Assembly (NCBI RefSeq): GCF_964355755.1
Contig: NC_092676.1
Location: 14,154,871-14,218,870, forward strand
Direction of reading: 5' to 3'
From: Antedon mediterranea
Lineage: Eukaryota; Animalia; Echinodermata
DNA length: 64,000 bases
This document shows, in pieces, positions 63,339 through 64,000 of the stretch; the first letter of the stretch is position 1, and each line of letters begins with the position of its first letter. The translations under genes were made by a program, and so were the position numbers. Below the pieces are notes generated by a model that did not search any database, was not told the origin of the DNA, and worked only from the letters and a program-made list of their open reading frames with translations.

Positions 63339-64000
63339 TAACATGTATAATCAAATAAATACACCCTAGATATAAAAAAATACAACACAATTAATATCGT
63401 AATAAGAATAACTGGATTAAATCTCCTTCTATCCGGGTGCAAGTACAATCATGATATTGAAAAGGTATCGGAGACAACTATAATAGGCCAATTCATTGTC
63501 ATCATTCTGTATGACACTGTTGCAAAATATTTTTGAATGTTACCGACAAGTTATACATACATGTCTGTTCCCAGTGTACATAATAAAACAATATATATTT
63601 CTGGAGATTTATTATCAATACCACTAGAAACTTTAGGTTTTTTACCTTTTAAGTACTATGCATTGACAATAAAATCATAAAAGAAGTGTATATTAAAATC
63701 ATTTTATAGATCATGATAAAATCATACTACAACACACTAAAGTACCCAAGGGTGTTTTCATGAAACTATGTATTGGCATATATGCAAAAGACAGTGTTGA
63801 TTGTTAACAAATTGTTGTCACAAACAAACAGATGATAGAATGAAAATCCATATGAACAATTGTGTAATCGTGTCTCATATAGTGTCTCAGGATTAAATTG
63901 AGCATGTGACAGTGTCACTTTTATTCTAAAAGACAGAAACATTGTTACAAAAGTATAAAGAGGAAAATAAATCATGTAAATAAACATCCACTTTGAATAA

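Noticed and set aside
59622-64000. Further upstream ZC3H4 exons
   Set aside because: I found no open segment with convincing splice sites and family motifs; the region is mostly MITEs, though a small exon could have been missed.

Overview
AT-rich, transposon-dense animal (probably marine invertebrate) genomic DNA; not prokaryotic. Two spliced host genes lie on the minus strand and both run off the window. (1) A secreted kringle-domain protein: signal-peptide exon 25599-25659, kringle exons 23832-23972, 6005-6124 and 3647-3775, with a 17.7 kb TE-filled intron. (2) The 3' eight exons (about 997 codons) of a ZC3H4/ZC3H6/su(s)-family CCCH zinc-finger gene (59621 to 46433), with an RG repeat, three CCCH fingers, nine DPR motifs and a U12-type minor intron. 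Between them is one intact, young, single-ORF CR1/L2-group LINE (34080-38032) encoding a 2A-like peptide, PHD finger, APE endonuclease and RT; it is nested in a non-autonomous Helitron-like element. The rest is decayed LINEs, Helitron/Helentron-type elements, MITEs and foldbacks, SINEs, a 5S-derived copy and tandem repeats. I see no clearly new multi-gene system. The best leads are the 2A-PHD LINE, the minor intron, an 8-Cys kringle variant and a strong excess of TAGGCCTA/TACWGTA words that may be transposon excision footprints. All coordinates and counts were read by eye.
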